IMG/VR virus record: IMGVR_UViG_3300009499_000148
Location: 42,060 to 106,059 of that record
Strand: one strand, 5' to 3'
From: a virus
Length of the DNA: 64,000 nucleotides
Under the pieces are notes generated by a model. That model was not told where the DNA came from, did no database searches, and worked only from the letters and a program-made list of their open reading frames with translations. Position 1 is the first letter of the stretch. The number at the start of each line of letters is the position of its first letter. The translations under genes and the position numbers were made by a program. This document shows positions 11,668-21,647 of this stretch, piece after piece.

Positions 11668-12386
11668 CACTTTAAGAACCCTCTTGCTCTGACCAAATTG
11701 ACTGTCGCAAGCTGTTTTCTCTCTGCCCAATCCCTATCATCAACAGAACAACTCCTGATGCGATACAGATAACACACATCTGGGATGTATTTTCTTACCT
11801 TCGCAACCGTCAATAGTGGCAACATGAGAGATTGATCGTATCCCCTTTGAAACCACACACTCTTGTTATCCTTGAAGTTATCATCAGATATAGAGTTCAA
11901 CAGACGAGCGTCGAACGTTCTGAGATGTGATGAGCACCACGGCCACTGATATGGATTAACGTTCTGTGGCATCTCCCTTGAGATGTTTATGTCATTGATG
12001 TCCCACCGGTGTGCTGTCCATGCCACGGTATCGGGCTGTGAGTGTGCATCCTTCACCAACCTGACGGTCTCAGTGTTGCAGAGCTGGTCATCGCCGTCAA
12101 TGATTGCGATTATGTTTCTGTCTGCATCATTGTTGGCGATGATTGTACGTGATGCATGAATGATGTTATAAAGAGCATACATCCTGCTTGACCCAAGAAC
12201 GACAGCAATCCTACCATCAGACGCCATGGCCTCCTTTAGAGCATCTCTCGTGTCGTCAGTCGAACAATCGTCTATGAATAACGCAGACCAATCTGCGTCA
12301 GATTGCGCCTTCAACGATTGCACCAGGTCGTGGATGTTCGGAGCAGCATTATAGCATGGAATGATGAACGTTAACATATGTTTCAT
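11667..12386 (-). CDS. Glycosyltransferase family 2
   Basis: IIPCYN, IDDCSTD, IDGDD. Confidence 0.9.
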   Translation of the reverse strand: MKHMLTFIIPCYNAAPNIHDLVQSLKAQSDADWSALFIDDCSTDDTRDALKEAMASDGRIAVVLGSSRMYALYNIIHASRTIIANNDADRNIIAIIDGDDQLCNTETVRLVKDAHSQPDTVAWTAHRWDINDINISREMPQNVNPYQWPWCSSHLRTFDARLLNSISDDNFKDNKSVWFQRGYDQSLMLPLLTVAKVRKYIPDVCYLYRIRSCSVDDRDWAERKQLATVNLVRARGFLK

Positions 12387-12390
12387 GATA

Positions 12391-12663
12391 TCATACATCA
12401 TCTGATGTGAATTGAACAGGGTGTGCCGTGTCATCATTCGGTCCATAAAACACCCACGAAGTTCTCCACGCACGGGGGTCAGAAAACTCAACAATGTTAC
12501 CGTCGGCTATTAAAAATACAAACCGTCTTACGTGCTTTTGAAGCACTCCTGCGTTGGTGTTGACATCGACCAATAACAGAATAGACAATTCATAATTGCT
12601 ACGTGAATCCATGAATCCCGTGTAGACGAACAACGTTCCAACTTCAAACACTGATGTGCTCAT
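12391..12663 (-). CDS. PGTL-family small protein (array 1)
   Basis: VGTLFVY ... DPRAW. Confidence 0.6.
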   Translation of the reverse strand: MSTSVFEVGTLFVYTGFMDSRSNYELSILLLVDVNTNAGVLQKHVRRFVFLIADGNIVEFSDPRAWRTSWVFYGPNDDTAHPVQFTSDDV

Positions 12664-12962
12664 TCTTTGCATCTCTTCATCACATAAGACTTATAATCGT
12701 ATAACGTCATCTCATCATGCCCAGGCTCATGAACAGTCCAGTTGATGATGTTGTACAGCCACGCAACCGGTTCTGGCAAATCATCATGATAATCTGGTTC
12801 TCCACCGCCATTTGACCAATCAATGACATCTAAAAACCGATGATGACCATCTATTTCACCTACATAGAGACGATACATTGTTCTCATGCCAAGCCAACGT
12901 TCTGCTGACATGCTATCATCAACAATCATAATGAACAGCGTTCCTGGCACATACTCATTCAT
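12660..12962 (-). CDS. PGTL-family small protein (array 1)
   Basis: PGTLFIM ... EPVAW. Confidence 0.65.
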   Translation of the reverse strand: MNEYVPGTLFIMIVDDSMSAERWLGMRTMYRLYVGEIDGHHRFLDVIDWSNGGGEPDYHDDLPEPVAWLYNIINWTVHEPGHDEMTLYDYKSYVMKRCKE

Positions 12963-13228
12963 ACATCACTGTTTATGACAAAAAGACTGGTACATTCACC
13001 GTTTAACGGACTGACAAGCCTCCAGTTCTTCGCGTTCCAACTACGTGGGTTGTCAAGCTCAAAAACATCACCAAAAGAAGACAGAAAAAACATAGCGTTA
13101 TCATTAACACTGACGAGAATAAATCTCTGCTTACACTTAGCAGTACATGAGCAGTAAAATAATGTTCCTGGAATGAATTGCTCTGCATCATCTAGAAATA
13201 AGTTTTTAAAGTTTTTCATTTGACTCAA
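12959..13228 (-). CDS. PGTL-family small protein (array 1)
   Basis: PGTLFYC ... NPRSW. Confidence 0.65.
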   Translation of the reverse strand: MSQMKNFKNLFLDDAEQFIPGTLFYCSCTAKCKQRFILVSVNDNAMFFLSSFGDVFELDNPRSWNAKNWRLVSPLNGECTSLFVINSDV

Positions 13229-13484
13229 CTGGACCCAAGAATGTCGCTACTCCATCTGGAGAGACGATAAGCCACCCATTTGACCACATACCCACCCACA
13301 TGTGTGGATTTACGACTGTTTCAAACATGACTGCACCGTTGTCATGTTTGCTATGTGAATGACTTAAAAAACGATACCACATTAAATTATCAGATTTAAT
13401 TTCAAGGCTAACGAATAGACGAACCTCAACCTCCCATAAATTCTGCTTTATTAACAGACAACCGGGATAGATGTTATTGCTCAT
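13206..13484 (-). CDS. PGTL-family small protein (array 1)
   Basis: PGCLLIK ... NPHMW. Confidence 0.65.
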   Translation of the reverse strand: MSNNIYPGCLLIKQNLWEVEVRLFVSLEIKSDNLMWYRFLSHSHSKHDNGAVMFETVVNPHMWVGMWSNGWLIVSPDGVATFLGPVESNEKL

Positions 13485-13493
13485 ACCATCGCT

Positions 13494-13763
13494 CTATTTC
13501 GAAAACACCACAAGTTCATCTGAACATGATGAAAGCACATACCATATGCCGGGCCACCAGCGAGGATGAATGTAATCATGCAGGTCGCATGTCGTGGCAC
13601 CTGAGTCATAAACGAACGTTCTTAAAAAGAGATAACGTCCATCAGACAGACTCGAAACAAAGAGAGCAGTGATATGCGATGCATATTGATGCGTCATATC
13701 GTCCATTTTTCTAATCAACAGCATACCTGGAGTAAGCGTCTGTATCATAGCATCAGTGACCAT
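13494..13763 (-). CDS. PGTL-family small protein (array 1)
   Basis: PGMLLIR ... HPRWW. Confidence 0.65.
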   Translation of the reverse strand: MVTDAMIQTLTPGMLLIRKMDDMTHQYASHITALFVSSLSDGRYLFLRTFVYDSGATTCDLHDYIHPRWWPGIWYVLSSCSDELVVFSK

Positions 13764-14079
13764 CTACGTCTCCCAATATCAGTTCATTGGTTGAACCGAG
13801 AAAAACGACCTTCGTTTCAGGTGCAAACACAGGATTCCATAACGACACAACCTCGATTGATTCAACGTCGTGTGCACCGCTGGGTCTAACGCAGACATCC
13901 ACCTCTAAGAACACGTACACATCACCAAATGGATGCTCATTGTCACGAATGCGATTCACCAACAATCGATACACTGTGCCTTGTCTCACATTCCGTTTGT
14001 TCCAAATCAGCAACGTTCCCAGAGGGATATTCACGTTTGACAGAAACACATGTTCTCTCTTAAAAGCGGACATAATCAT
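13753..14079 (-). CDS. PGTL-family small protein (array 1)
   Basis: LGTLLIW ... YVFL ... WNP. Confidence 0.6.
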   Translation of the reverse strand: MIMSAFKREHVFLSNVNIPLGTLLIWNKRNVRQGTVYRLLVNRIRDNEHPFGDVYVFLEVDVCVRPSGAHDVESIEVVSLWNPVFAPETKVVFLGSTNELILGDVDGH

Positions 14080-14320
14080 TCAACCTAACAGGGTATGACT
14101 CCCCAACATTGATGAATGAAACATTTTTTTTGGATATCCAAAGATGAGGAGCATCGTAGCATGCTAAATAAGAAACGCCGTTAAACGTCTCTAAAAACTC
14201 ATACTTGTTTTCAACAAACAAATCACCCATGACAACTCGTCGAATCAACAACAGAATCATGTTTGGTATGTCTTCAGATTGAGGTTCTACAAAAAACAGC
14301 GTCCCTGGCAACCACTCCAT
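14060..14320 (-). CDS. PGTL-family small protein (array 1)
   Basis: PGTLFFV ... APHLW. Confidence 0.65.
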   Translation of the reverse strand: MEWLPGTLFFVEPQSEDIPNMILLLIRRVVMGDLFVENKYEFLETFNGVSYLACYDAPHLWISKKNVSFINVGESYPVRLNDYVRF

Positions 14321-14327
14321 ACTGATG

Positions 14328-14357
14328 ATTATAGCACGACTTTAACATCCATTACAA
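14328..14357 (-). promoter_or_regulatory. Sigma70-like promoter (TTGTAA-18-TATAAT, extended TGn)
   Basis: -10 ends 7 nt before the ATG at 14320. Confidence 0.55.
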
Positions 14358-14622
14358 CGCTGTAGTATGCATCGTTGTACTCAGTCAAAGGCCTCTCTAC
14401 ATCATCCGGCTGTATGTAGCACCATGAACGTGAGTGCCAGTCTATCGGTGACGACTCAAATAGCTCACCATCGCCATCGAGAAACACGTATGACGAAGAG
14501 CTGCCAGGTGATTGTCGTATCAGAAGCAACGCTGCATGGCGGCGAGCCAACACAGAACGGAAATCTTTCCTAAAGAACAGCGTCCCTGGCTTAAAAAACT
14601 CATTCACAGACGTCTGCATCAA
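14329..14622 (-). CDS. PGTL-family small protein (array 1)
   Basis: PGTLFFR ... SPIDW. Confidence 0.65.
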   Translation of the reverse strand: MMQTSVNEFFKPGTLFFRKDFRSVLARRHAALLLIRQSPGSSSSYVFLDGDGELFESSPIDWHSRSWCYIQPDDVERPLTEYNDAYYSVVMDVKVVL

Positions 14623-15838
14623 TTGAGAAGATGTTATCAGAAAGCAACCTAATCGCTCCTGTCGGTGATGACATCAGCTCTTCTGTCTGAAATGGTTTGA
14701 GCGTCTCTCTAACGGCGGCGTCCCTACGGGCCTTATACGCCTCGTGGTCAAGCGAACGAAGCGCGGCGTTCCCTGGGTCCTTGCACACTCGACATATCGG
14801 CGGCACAGACAGCGGGTTGGGAAGCCTCATTGAGTTGAACACAGGATGATGCCACGCCCAAAACAGGTCATCATTTGTCATCTTGTCAATGTCTGCTATC
14901 ATCGGGCTTATCCTGTTGCAGACAGCTAGCTCAGACTGTCCCTTTCGAAACGGGTCTGACTTGAACAGAAAGCTGCTGAACGGCTCATGGCATCCACCAG
15001 CATACGGCTTCTCATCAGTTGGGAATGCAGTCTTTCCACTCACAACATCAAGCGCTGGGATGATTGACTGCTGCTGGTGCTTCTGCTCAACGATGAACTT
15101 CGGCTCTTTCGGGTCAAGCTGTAATCCAACACGAGCTGCCTCATCATAGACTGCTCTTAGAGTGTCATTCGTTAGCTTGACATCATCGTACAATGAGACA
15201 TCTTCATCAAAGTCATTTGGAGACTTATAATAAAGATAGACGGTCATCATATCAACACCAAGAGACTTCGCCATCCTCACTGCCGCGACTGCATCTACCT
15301 GATTCAAACGTCCAATCCCAAAGTTGATGTTCGTCCTCGTCGGCACACCCTTTCTTGCGGAGCAAAAATACCTGATGTTCTCAATCACACGCTCGAACCT
15401 GTTTTTATTGCCCGGGCCCATCACCCTAGCATAGACCTCAGGTGTCGCTGCATGCAATGAGAACGTCAATGAGACGGGTGCATGCGCAATGAGAAAATCA
15501 GACCTCTCTTTCGTTAGAAGAAGACCGTTCGTCGATAGGTCTATCACGATGTTCTTGTTGATGTCCCTTATCGTCCTGATGATGTCGTCGAACGTTGGCG
15601 CATATAGGGGCTCACCCAACCCAGTCCGACCACCGATATTCACGACACGTGCAGAGCGCAACATCGACGTGAACGCTAGAACGTTCTCTACAGTCATGAT
15701 GTTGCGTTGGTAGCTCTTTCCTATCTTATGAAGCTTCTCATCGACGCCGTTGATTTCACAGAAACCACACCTATAATTGCATTGTGCGATTATGGGAAGA
15801 GAAATGAAGTCAGGTCTCATCTGTGTGTTCATAGTCAC
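14600..15838 (-). CDS. Radical SAM protein (SPASM/twitch-like C-terminus)
   Basis: CNYRCGFC, GEP, STNG, CxxC near the C-terminus. Confidence 0.9.
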   Translation of the reverse strand: MTMNTQMRPDFISLPIIAQCNYRCGFCEINGVDEKLHKIGKSYQRNIMTVENVLAFTSMLRSARVVNIGGRTGLGEPLYAPTFDDIIRTIRDINKNIVIDLSTNGLLLTKERSDFLIAHAPVSLTFSLHAATPEVYARVMGPGNKNRFERVIENIRYFCSARKGVPTRTNINFGIGRLNQVDAVAAVRMAKSLGVDMMTVYLYYKSPNDFDEDVSLYDDVKLTNDTLRAVYDEAARVGLQLDPKEPKFIVEQKHQQQSIIPALDVVSGKTAFPTDEKPYAGGCHEPFSSFLFKSDPFRKGQSELAVCNRISPMIADIDKMTNDDLFWAWHHPVFNSMRLPNPLSVPPICRVCKDPGNAALRSLDHEAYKARRDAAVRETLKPFQTEELMSSPTGAIRLLSDNIFSIDADVCE

Positions 15839-16224
15839 CGACTTAGCTTAAATCGCTTCTTTAAAGCATCTCTAAGCATATTAATTTTATTTAAACGAGC
15901 TTCATGTTCTGGTGCTAGTTGATAATTACAGTGCTCACGATGCATACCTTCAAAATCTTTAAGACTAAGTCCAACAGCTTCTTTACGAAGGGTTTCAAGA
16001 TCTTTATCGTTGTGTGTATCTAAGCCTCTAATCTTAGATTGCTGGTTAGCAAAATTTTGATTAACAATATTATGATTTATACCACGTGGAGGTTTAAAGT
16101 TATCAATCCACTCTTCAAAAAACGCACAAATTTGAACAAGCGCTTGTCTTTTAGCTTCTTTTTTACCAACGTTAAATATGAAGCTAAAAATATCAAAAAT
16201 ATTAAAATGAAAAATGCTAAACAT
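15835..16224 (-). CDS. Hypothetical protein (AT-rich insertion)
   Basis: Clean ORF with AT-rich composition. Confidence 0.5.
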   Translation of the reverse strand: MFSIFHFNIFDIFSFIFNVGKKEAKRQALVQICAFFEEWIDNFKPPRGINHNIVNQNFANQQSKIRGLDTHNDKDLETLRKEAVGLSLKDFEGMHREHCNYQLAPEHEARLNKINMLRDALKKRFKLSR

Positions 16225-16261
16225 ATGTTCCTAAATTTCAAAAAATTCTAACTTCAATATA

Positions 16262-16996
16262 TCACCAATCATTCAAGAATGCACTTGCATCGAACTTAGG
16301 ATGCTTCACAAGCACCTGTCCGTAGTCAATCTGCTCATCAGGGATGCGTCTATCGTCAAAGAAAATCCTGCGGTCAGAGCGAATGAGTTCTTTGTCTTCG
16401 TCAAGCCCGTCGATGAACCTAGCAACCTGCATGTCTGGGCTCTTTGATGATGGGTCGTAGTCGTCGAAAAGTACAAACTTATTATACCTATCCTTGAGAC
16501 ATTCCCAGTCGTACTTTACACCCTCGAATGTGTGAAGCCCATCGATGTAAATCAAATCGACGTTCTCCTTGATGTTCAGGACTGCATCATTGACTGTTCC
16601 CTTTATGAGATTGAGCTTCGAAAGCCACTCCCTTGGAAACGCCTGACCCAGGAGCTTGAGGTGGTTCTCATCGAAGTTCGGGTCGACGCTATACACCCTG
16701 CCGTCGTCAAAGCCCATGTCTGTCATTGCCTTTGCAGCGCAGAGGGATGCATAGCCACGACCGAACCCTATCTCCAACATCGTTCGAATCTCATAGCGCT
16801 TGATAAGGGCATAGATGAGGAGACCACGCTCAAAATTCGGTCTAAAAAAAGCTCCTGCAGAGCGATAAAGCGGGTCTGATGGATGACGAGACTTTTTAGC
16901 AGTCAGCTCACCAATCTGGTCAAAGTCTCCAAGTGAAAGTGAAGAAACTGGATAATGTAGCTCTTCTAGCTTCTGTCTAATGTCTGTGTGTTTCAT
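16262..16996 (-). CDS. Class I SAM methyltransferase (Methyltransf_24-like)
   Basis: LEIGFGRGYAS, DLIYIDGLH, LFDDY. Confidence 0.85.
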   Translation of the reverse strand: MKHTDIRQKLEELHYPVSSLSLGDFDQIGELTAKKSRHPSDPLYRSAGAFFRPNFERGLLIYALIKRYEIRTMLEIGFGRGYASLCAAKAMTDMGFDDGRVYSVDPNFDENHLKLLGQAFPREWLSKLNLIKGTVNDAVLNIKENVDLIYIDGLHTFEGVKYDWECLKDRYNKFVLFDDYDPSSKSPDMQVARFIDGLDEDKELIRSDRRIFFDDRRIPDEQIDYGQVLVKHPKFDASAFLNDW

Positions 16997-17877
16997 GGTA
17001 GGAATTCCTTTAATTTAGAAAAATCACCGCGCTTAACTTCTTTATCTGTTATTCTAACCAGCTTTAAATTATTGGTTTTAAACCAAGCATTTTGTTCACT
17101 GTCAGTGTGGCGTCTGCTATAGATGTTAATGTCTCGTTTTGTTTTTAACAAAGCTAATTCTTCGACTGTTCTGTCAAGGCCATGCCAATATACACCATCA
17201 AGCTGGATATACGCATCAACACTCTTGACATAAAAGTCAATAGGCCATCTATGAATGAATTTCTGATAAATGACATTGTCAATGCCAAATGTTGATTGTA
17301 GAAATGTCTCAAGCTTGGCTTCAGGTTTTGTTTTTTTTCCATATGTCCCATTTCGCTTCATCGTTTCATGACGTCTTTGATGAGCTTCTGGTGTCCAAGC
17401 TTCTTTAATTGACTTACTTTTTTTCTCTTTAATTTCTGGTCTATTTTGTGCTTCTTTTTGAATTTCACTTGCTTTTGCTTTATACTCAGGAGTACTATGT
17501 GAACGTTTAATAGACACACTTCGTTTTTGCACAACATCATGACGGTTTTGAGCTATTTTTTGAGCTTTAGAACGTTTTTCTTTGACATCTGGTTTCGATA
17601 ATGATTTTGTAATAGCAGCTATTGTTCGCTCCCTAATCTCTTGATTTTGCCAATTTTCTTTCGTCTTACTGACATTCATCGAATGAACTTTTCCGCCAGG
17701 TTTGTTTGCATTTTTTCGACAATCATCATTACAAAATGTATATTTCTGTTTAAGAAAATCAAGATTATGTGGTCTTATAAATGATAACGAGCATTGATCG
17801 CAAATAAAACGCATAACAGTTTTCTTTTTATTCTTTCTCGGATGTGAATACTCAATCGTCTCAAACTTTATGAACAT
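16993..17877 (-). mobile_element. Homing endonuclease, paralog of 2760..3638
   Basis: HETMKRN..YG.KT.PE, WPIDFYVKS, DG.YWHGLDR shared with 2760..3638. Confidence 0.8.
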
Positions 17878-19795
17878 TTCTCTTCATCCACTCTTCTATC
17901 ACTTTAGGATGTTTAATTTGACACCTTATGCTTGGTGTTGGCCTTGAAAAATCAACTCTCTGATGAAAAATCCATCCACCCATTTCTTTGCTCAACTTCT
18001 TTGCTAAAATGTCAATTTCATCATCACTGACGTCTGACCACTTCTTGTCGAAAAATTTATTGTTATCTGCAGTATCTTCTTGCTTAACGTCGTAAAGACT
18101 TTCCCAATGCTTTGACCAATAATTCTTATAAGTTTTTATCTTTCTTTCGATATTGAACCAACTATAATGATGCACTGACGGGAGGGCTTTCACAGCTTGA
18201 TTGAACCACTCTTCGAACTGTTTTAGTGCATCAGGATTGCTAAATGCAGCCTGCCGAACTTGTTCAACATCAGGCGTATAGAACGATGCAGCAGGGACAA
18301 CATCAAATGTATCATGTCTGACATAATCACAACCATCGCTTCCAGGAGCTGAAAATAATTCGCCGTCGCTGTCGAACTTTCTCAACTGTCGCGGAATACC
18401 ATGTGTAGTAGTTGGAGCGTTCCAACTCAATCGCCACTTCCAAACGTTGATATCCATTCTTACCTTGTCTGGCCCACCCCAATATTCAATCACTGGTAAT
18501 GAAAGAACAGGAATGTTTTTCGGAAGGATTTTTGCAACATCTCTAACCTTTTGATAATCATCTTCATGAACTAGTTCGTCGCTATCTTGCTGCCAGCATA
18601 ATGTTTTTGTGCAAAGCGACCGAGCCAACGCCTTTTGTGCTCCATCAAATACAGCAAACCTCTTATGGCTCCAGTCTCTCTTCTGCTGATGAATAACAAC
18701 ACGTGCATCAGATGCAGCTAACGACTGCAACTTTTCCCACGTTCCATCAGTTGAGCCGCCATCAACAATCACTACTTCATCACAAAACCCTAACATTGAC
18801 GTAATACACTCGACGAATGGATAATCTTGGCTTATACAATCTTTTGTCGTCGTATATCCAGATATCGTTGGCCTGTAGTCGATATCTGCTTTAATACCAT
18901 TCCAGAATGTCTCTCTTGCTGCATAGAGATACGCTTCTGTGTTGAACATATCATCAGTTTCAAACCAAAGTTCATGACGATGCTGAACATTATCATTCAG
19001 ATAAAGCTTACATCCAAGAAGTTTTGCTTCGATAACGAGGCGTGGACATGTATCTTCGCCTTTTGGAAGAAAGACAAGTCCTTCTGCTTGAACAAGCTCT
19101 TCAAGCATTTTTTCATAAGGTAGCCCCCAAACAACACGATGCTCAAGGCCATGCTCATTGCAGTATGCAACTGCATCATCAGTGCCCTTAACCCAAGACG
19201 GAGAACCACATACGATATTTCCCTTTCTAGGAAGTTGTTTTGCATTAAGAAGCTTAATTCTAGCGAATGTCTCATCATCAAATACAGATGAAAGTACCAT
19301 ATTGGGACGCTGTGATAGAAACGGAAATGCCTTATGATGTATATCCATCTGCTTTTCAGACATCCACCACAACGACTTAGCACCATAAAGAAATGCAGAT
19401 ACAAGCTTCCCTCTATCTTCGTTCTGACAATCACATTGAGTTTTCTCAATATCACTGTGCTTCATCGGAGAACGATAACGACAGAAGTGAAAATCAAAAC
19501 TGATAATTGAATAACTCATATTGCCAACAATTGTTGGAATGAGCTCTGTGTTCAAATTTGAAAAGTTTCCGAATATCCAGTGTTTCCCATGGCCTTGTTG
19601 TAATAGCTCAACAGAAACATCACGTGAATGAACACGATACACTTCAAATGGAGATGCTTTAATTAAAGCCTCTGTCGTTAGTTCTGCTCCTCCGTTATAA
19701 TCAGAAAGGAACATGTCAGAAACGACAACAACATCGCAGTCTGCAATCGACTTTGCTTTTGAAAAAAGATGTTCTGCTAAATTGATAATAGTCAT
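17861..19795 (-). CDS. Fused GT4-like + GT2 glycosyltransferase
   Basis: GGAE..DTCPRLVIEAKLLG in the N-half; VDGGSTDGT and DSDE in the C-half. Confidence 0.85.
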   Translation of the reverse strand: MTIINLAEHLFSKAKSIADCDVVVVSDMFLSDYNGGAELTTEALIKASPFEVYRVHSRDVSVELLQQGHGKHWIFGNFSNLNTELIPTIVGNMSYSIISFDFHFCRYRSPMKHSDIEKTQCDCQNEDRGKLVSAFLYGAKSLWWMSEKQMDIHHKAFPFLSQRPNMVLSSVFDDETFARIKLLNAKQLPRKGNIVCGSPSWVKGTDDAVAYCNEHGLEHRVVWGLPYEKMLEELVQAEGLVFLPKGEDTCPRLVIEAKLLGCKLYLNDNVQHRHELWFETDDMFNTEAYLYAARETFWNGIKADIDYRPTISGYTTTKDCISQDYPFVECITSMLGFCDEVVIVDGGSTDGTWEKLQSLAASDARVVIHQQKRDWSHKRFAVFDGAQKALARSLCTKTLCWQQDSDELVHEDDYQKVRDVAKILPKNIPVLSLPVIEYWGGPDKVRMDINVWKWRLSWNAPTTTHGIPRQLRKFDSDGELFSAPGSDGCDYVRHDTFDVVPAASFYTPDVEQVRQAAFSNPDALKQFEEWFNQAVKALPSVHHYSWFNIERKIKTYKNYWSKHWESLYDVKQEDTADNNKFFDKKWSDVSDDEIDILAKKLSKEMGGWIFHQRVDFSRPTPSIRCQIKHPKVIEEWMKRNVHKV

Positions 19796-19978
19796 TCAGC
19801 TCAATTATAACATGTGATAGTTCAACTGTTCAACAACTTGCTGATATTAAAGAGGTTATGACGTTCTAGAAGAACATTTACAAATTTATCAGACTAATTT
19901 TAATCAAACTAACTTTTGCGTGGTATTTGTTGTTCAACACACAACACAACCTGCTAGCGTTTGATTTCTTATTATCAA

Positions 19979-20010
19979 AGGGCACGGCACCTGACGGTGC
20001 CAACAGCCCT
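19979..20010. terminator. Hairpin downstream of phoH
   Basis: AGGGC..GGCACC-TGAC-GGTGCC..GCCCT inverted repeat. Confidence 0.5.
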
Positions 20011-20023
20011 CCCTTTTTCTATA

Positions 20024-21322
20024 TCATAGAATCTCAGCAGCAAGAGTCGCTAGCGCACTACGTTCTCCCTTAATGAGTGCGATGTGTGCAGCCATGGCAT
20101 GCTCTTTAAACTTCTCAGCCGTATACGTCAATCCGTTTGACAGTGCATCTATCTGTGGATTATCAACCTGTTCTATATCACCTGTCAGAACTATTTTTGT
20201 TCCTTCACCCACACGTGTTATGACTGTCTTGACCTCATGCGGTGTCAGGTTCTGTCCCTCATCAATGATGATGTATGCATTTGGAATAGACCTACCCCTG
20301 ATGTACGTTATTGCCTCAACCTCTATGATACCTTGGTCGAAATACATCTGCACCATATCACGCTTTCTAGAACCAAAAAGGAATTCAAGATTGTCCATGA
20401 TGGGCTGTATCCACGGTTCCATCTTCTCTTCTTTTGTGCCCGGCAAATAACCGATATCACGTCCCATTGGTTGTATCGGCCTAGATACGATGAGCTTACT
20501 GAACTTTTTCTCTTCTATGACCTGTTTAATGCCTGCAGCAAGAGCTAAAATCGTCTTACCACAACCAGCAGCACCAATCATAGTCGTCAGCTTAACGTTG
20601 TCATCGAATAGAGCATCAAGCGCAAATCTCTGCTCTTTGTTTCTCGGCTTCAACCCCCAGACGTCATCAACGTTTATGATTGGTTTAAGCGTTCCATCTA
20701 CACACTTTGAAAGACCAGACGTTGAGTGTCCGTTCTTGATTACGACGTATTCGTTTGGAAATAGGTCTTCATCGATGTTAAGCTTATCAACATCAAGCCC
20801 CTTGCTTCGATAAAACTCATCAAGGTTAGCCTTCGTCGTATTAACGACACGAACGCCTCCGTAGATGAGGTCGCTCTTTCCAATGTGATGTTTTAGATAA
20901 TCTTCACATTTCACGCCGAGCGCATCACATTTGATACGCATGCTGATATCCTTCGTTATCAGCCTAACGGGCTCACCAAGCTCTTTTTGAAGCTCCAGCA
21001 CTGCTGAGATGATGAAATTATCAGCCCTGTTCTTATCAAACTCTTGAGGGATGTCAGCGCTGAGCGTGCTTCTAATGATGCGAAGCGTTCCTCCACCTGG
21101 GAGCTTCACACCCTTCATCAGGTCTCCGGTGTGTCGAAGCTCATCTAGCACCCTGTTCGTGATGCGTGCATTTTTTCCTGCATCATCGAACCTATGCTCT
21201 TTGAGCTTATCAAGCTCTTCTAAGACTATGATTGGAATGACAACGTCGTTGTCCTCGAATGAATACACGGCACGAGGGTCGTATATGAAAACGTTCGTGT
21301 CGATGCAAAATGTCTTTTTCAT
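20024..21322 (-). CDS. phoH: PhoH-family protein with N-terminal PIN domain
   Basis: IDTNV..EELD (PIN); GAAGCGKT, RGRS, IIDEGQN, GDIEQVD. Confidence 0.95.
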   Translation of the reverse strand: MKKTFCIDTNVFIYDPRAVYSFEDNDVVIPIIVLEELDKLKEHRFDDAGKNARITNRVLDELRHTGDLMKGVKLPGGGTLRIIRSTLSADIPQEFDKNRADNFIISAVLELQKELGEPVRLITKDISMRIKCDALGVKCEDYLKHHIGKSDLIYGGVRVVNTTKANLDEFYRSKGLDVDKLNIDEDLFPNEYVVIKNGHSTSGLSKCVDGTLKPIINVDDVWGLKPRNKEQRFALDALFDDNVKLTTMIGAAGCGKTILALAAGIKQVIEEKKFSKLIVSRPIQPMGRDIGYLPGTKEEKMEPWIQPIMDNLEFLFGSRKRDMVQMYFDQGIIEVEAITYIRGRSIPNAYIIIDEGQNLTPHEVKTVITRVGEGTKIVLTGDIEQVDNPQIDALSNGLTYTAEKFKEHAMAAHIALIKGERSALATLAAEIL

Positions 21323-21383
21323 TCAATCTCCACCTGTGCAACATCTGAACGTGCACAGCAGTATGCATTACCATCATCTTTAG

Positions 21384-21647
21384 ATGAATAATGACGATGT
21401 TCCTGTCCCAGGAGACACATGCTTCTCAGCACATGCTCGATTTCGAGTCGAATGTCCGCGTGCAACATGCAACTACTGGATTGAAAACCCAGAGACGCAG
21501 AACTGTTCATTGCTAGCTGCCCAACATGGTGGTATGACTCTTGAAGCAATCGGAAGCTTCTTCGGTCTGACGAGAATGCGAGTCTGTCAGATTGAGAAGA
21601 ACATCTATCAAAAGATTATGACCCAGCTTGAGGAACATCAGTCTTAG
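21384..21647 (+). CDS. Small Cys-rich protein with sigma70 region-4-like HTH
   Basis: MTLEAIGSFFGLTRMRVCQIEK. Confidence 0.7.
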   Translation: MNNDDVPVPGDTCFSAHARFRVECPRATCNYWIENPETQNCSLLAAQHGGMTLEAIGSFFGLTRMRVCQIEKNIYQKIMTQLEEHQS

